Assembly (NCBI GenBank): GCA_937907305.1 | Contig: CALERQ010000194.1 | Span: 1-62,142 of the forward strand | Source of the DNA: an uncultured Clostridia bacterium | GTDB taxonomy: Bacteria > Bacillota > Clostridia > Oscillospirales > Ruminococcaceae | DNA length: 62,142 bases | Reading direction: 5' to 3' | Shown here: one piece after another, positions 60,837 through 62,142 of the stretch | Numbering within the stretch: the stretch's first letter is position 1 | Layout: the number at the start of each line of letters is the position of its first letter | Position numbers and translations under genes: made by a program | Notes under the pieces: generated by a model | Databases searched by the model: none | The model's input: only the letters and a program-made list of their open reading frames with translations | Told to the model about the DNA's origin: nothing

Positions 60837-62142
60837 TTACTGCGGGAAGTCATCCAGCCGGTGGAGGACTTTTTTGAGGAAGAACAGCGAGGAAATAAGG
60901 CAGACGACCTCCGCGATGGGGAAGGCCAGCCAGACATCATCCAACACACCGGTGAGGGAGAACAGATACGCCACCGGGATGAGCACGATGAGCTGACGCC
61001 CCAGTGAGACCAGCATGCTGTACATGCTTTTACCCAGGGCCTGGAACACGCTGCTGGCAACGATGCTGACGGCGGCCAGCGGGTAGGTGAAGGAGGTGAT
61101 GCGGAAGGCCGGGATGCCAATGGCGATCATGGCTTCGGAGGCATCGAACAGGCGGAGCAGCGGTACCGGCAGGAAGAAGAACGCGGCCCAGCCCAGCAGC
61201 ATGATGGTGACGGCGGTGATGGTGGAAGTGCGGATGGCCTGATGGATGCGGCCGCGGTTGCGGGCGCCGTAATTGTAGGCGACAATGGGCACAACGGCGT
61301 TATTGAGGCCGAAGAGCGGCATGAAGAAGAAGCTGTTGAGCTTGAAGTAGACGCCGTAGACCGCCGACGCGGTGGTGCTGAACGCCAGCAGGATCTGATT
61401 CATGAGGTAGGTGGTGACCGAGCCGATGGCGGTCATCAAAATGGAGGGGAAGCCGATGGAATAGATCTCGCCGATGAGGGGGAAATTGAAGCGGATCTTT
61501 TTGAGATTGACACGGACATCGGTATTGTGCTTCTGATTGAGGATAATGCCCAGCGCCGCGGCGACCAGTTGGCCGATGATGGTGGCATAGGCAGCGCCCT
61601 GAACCCCCATGGCCGGGCAGCCGAGGAGGCCAAAAATCATGATGGGATCGAGAATAATATTGATGATGGCGCCGATGCCCTGAATGAACATGGTGATGAG
61701 GGTTTGACCGGTGCCCTGCAGCATCCGCTCGGCGGTGATCTCCACAAAGATGCCAATGGAGCCGATGCAGACGATGGAAAGATACTGGGCGCCGTATTCC
61801 GCGATGATGGGGGAAACGCCTTTTTGCATGGAGAAGTAGAGCTGAGAGCCGAAAACCCCGAACAGCGCGAATACCACGGCGGTGCAGATGGAAAGCAGCA
61901 GGCCGACATTGGCGACTTCCTCGGCGGCCTCACGGTTTTTCTCGCCCAGGCGGCGGGAAAGCAGGGCGTTCATACCCACGCCGGTGCCGGTGGCAAAGGC
62001 GATCATGAGGTTCTGAACGGGGAAGGCCAGCGAAACGGCGGTGAGGGCATCCTCGCTGATGCGGGAGACGAAAATGCTATCCACGATATTATAGAGGGCC
62101 TGGATGAGCATGGAGATGATGAGCGGCAGGGCCATATTGAAG
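60837..62142 (-). CDS. MATE-family efflux transporter (5' end beyond window)
   Basis: ALYNIVDSIFV, NIILDPI.IFG, G.QGAAYAT, YNYGA. Confidence 0.9.
   Translation of the reverse strand, partial: FNMALPLIISMLIQALYNIVDSIFVSRISEDALTAVSLAFPVQNLMIAFATGTGVGMNALLSRRLGEKNREAAEEVANVGLLLSICTAVVFALFGVFGSQLYFSMQKGVSPIIAEYGAQYLSIVCIGSIGIFVEITAERMLQGTGQTLITMFIQGIGAIINIILDPIMIFGLLGCPAMGVQGAAYATIIGQLVAAALGIILNQKHNTDVRVNLKKIRFNFPLIGEIYSIGFPSILMTAIGSVTTYLMNQILLAFSTTASAVYGVYFKLNSFFFMPLFGLNNAVVPIVAYNYGARNRGRIHQAIRTSTITAVTIMLLGWAAFFFLPVPLLRLFDASEAMIAIGIPAFRITSFTYPLAAVSIVASSVFQALGKSMYSMLVSLGRQLIVLIPVAYLFSLTGVLDDVWLAFPIAEVVCLISSLFFLKKVLHRLDDFPQ

Overview
62-kb chromosomal window from a GC-rich anaerobic Firmicute (gene content and style suggest a gut Oscillospiraceae/Ruminococcaceae-type clostridium; inference). 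Main contents: (1) a PAS-AAA+-HTH regulator lacking GAFTGA, followed by a 4-hydroxybutyrate-to-crotonyl-CoA operon (permease, 4hbD, abfD, NifU-like, small Cys protein, abfT) and a GntP/crotonase/CoA-transferase/EFR1 module; (2) a truncated KdpD-like/KdpE-like pair with a divergent 48-aa membrane peptide and a stand-alone USP protein nearby; (3) rex, rsmA, a DnaA-box-like cluster and tRNA-Leu(GAG), then a ~3-kb phage-derived cassette (XRE repressor, face-to-face promoters, 176-bp tandem repeat, DUF6273-like protein, two lysis-module membrane genes; no integrase or endolysin seen); (4) a Trp T-box ABC transporter; (5) housekeeping genes (tdk, ybaK, rpsF-ssb-rpsR, frameshift-less prfB, tcdA, dnaD/dnaC-like, tRNA-Val(CAC)); (6) an F-type ATP synthase operon with a delta-C-domain/alpha fusion; (7) a liv operon with an Ile/Val/Leu-rich leader ORF and terminator, and a partial MATE gene. 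Intergenic DNA holds two structured repeat families: a modular covarying MITE/REP-like element (4 loci) and ~80-90-bp elements folding into four-way junctions with GNA triloops (3-4 loci). No CRISPR, rRNA, transposase or reverse transcriptase seen. All family calls are by eye from motifs; no searches were run.
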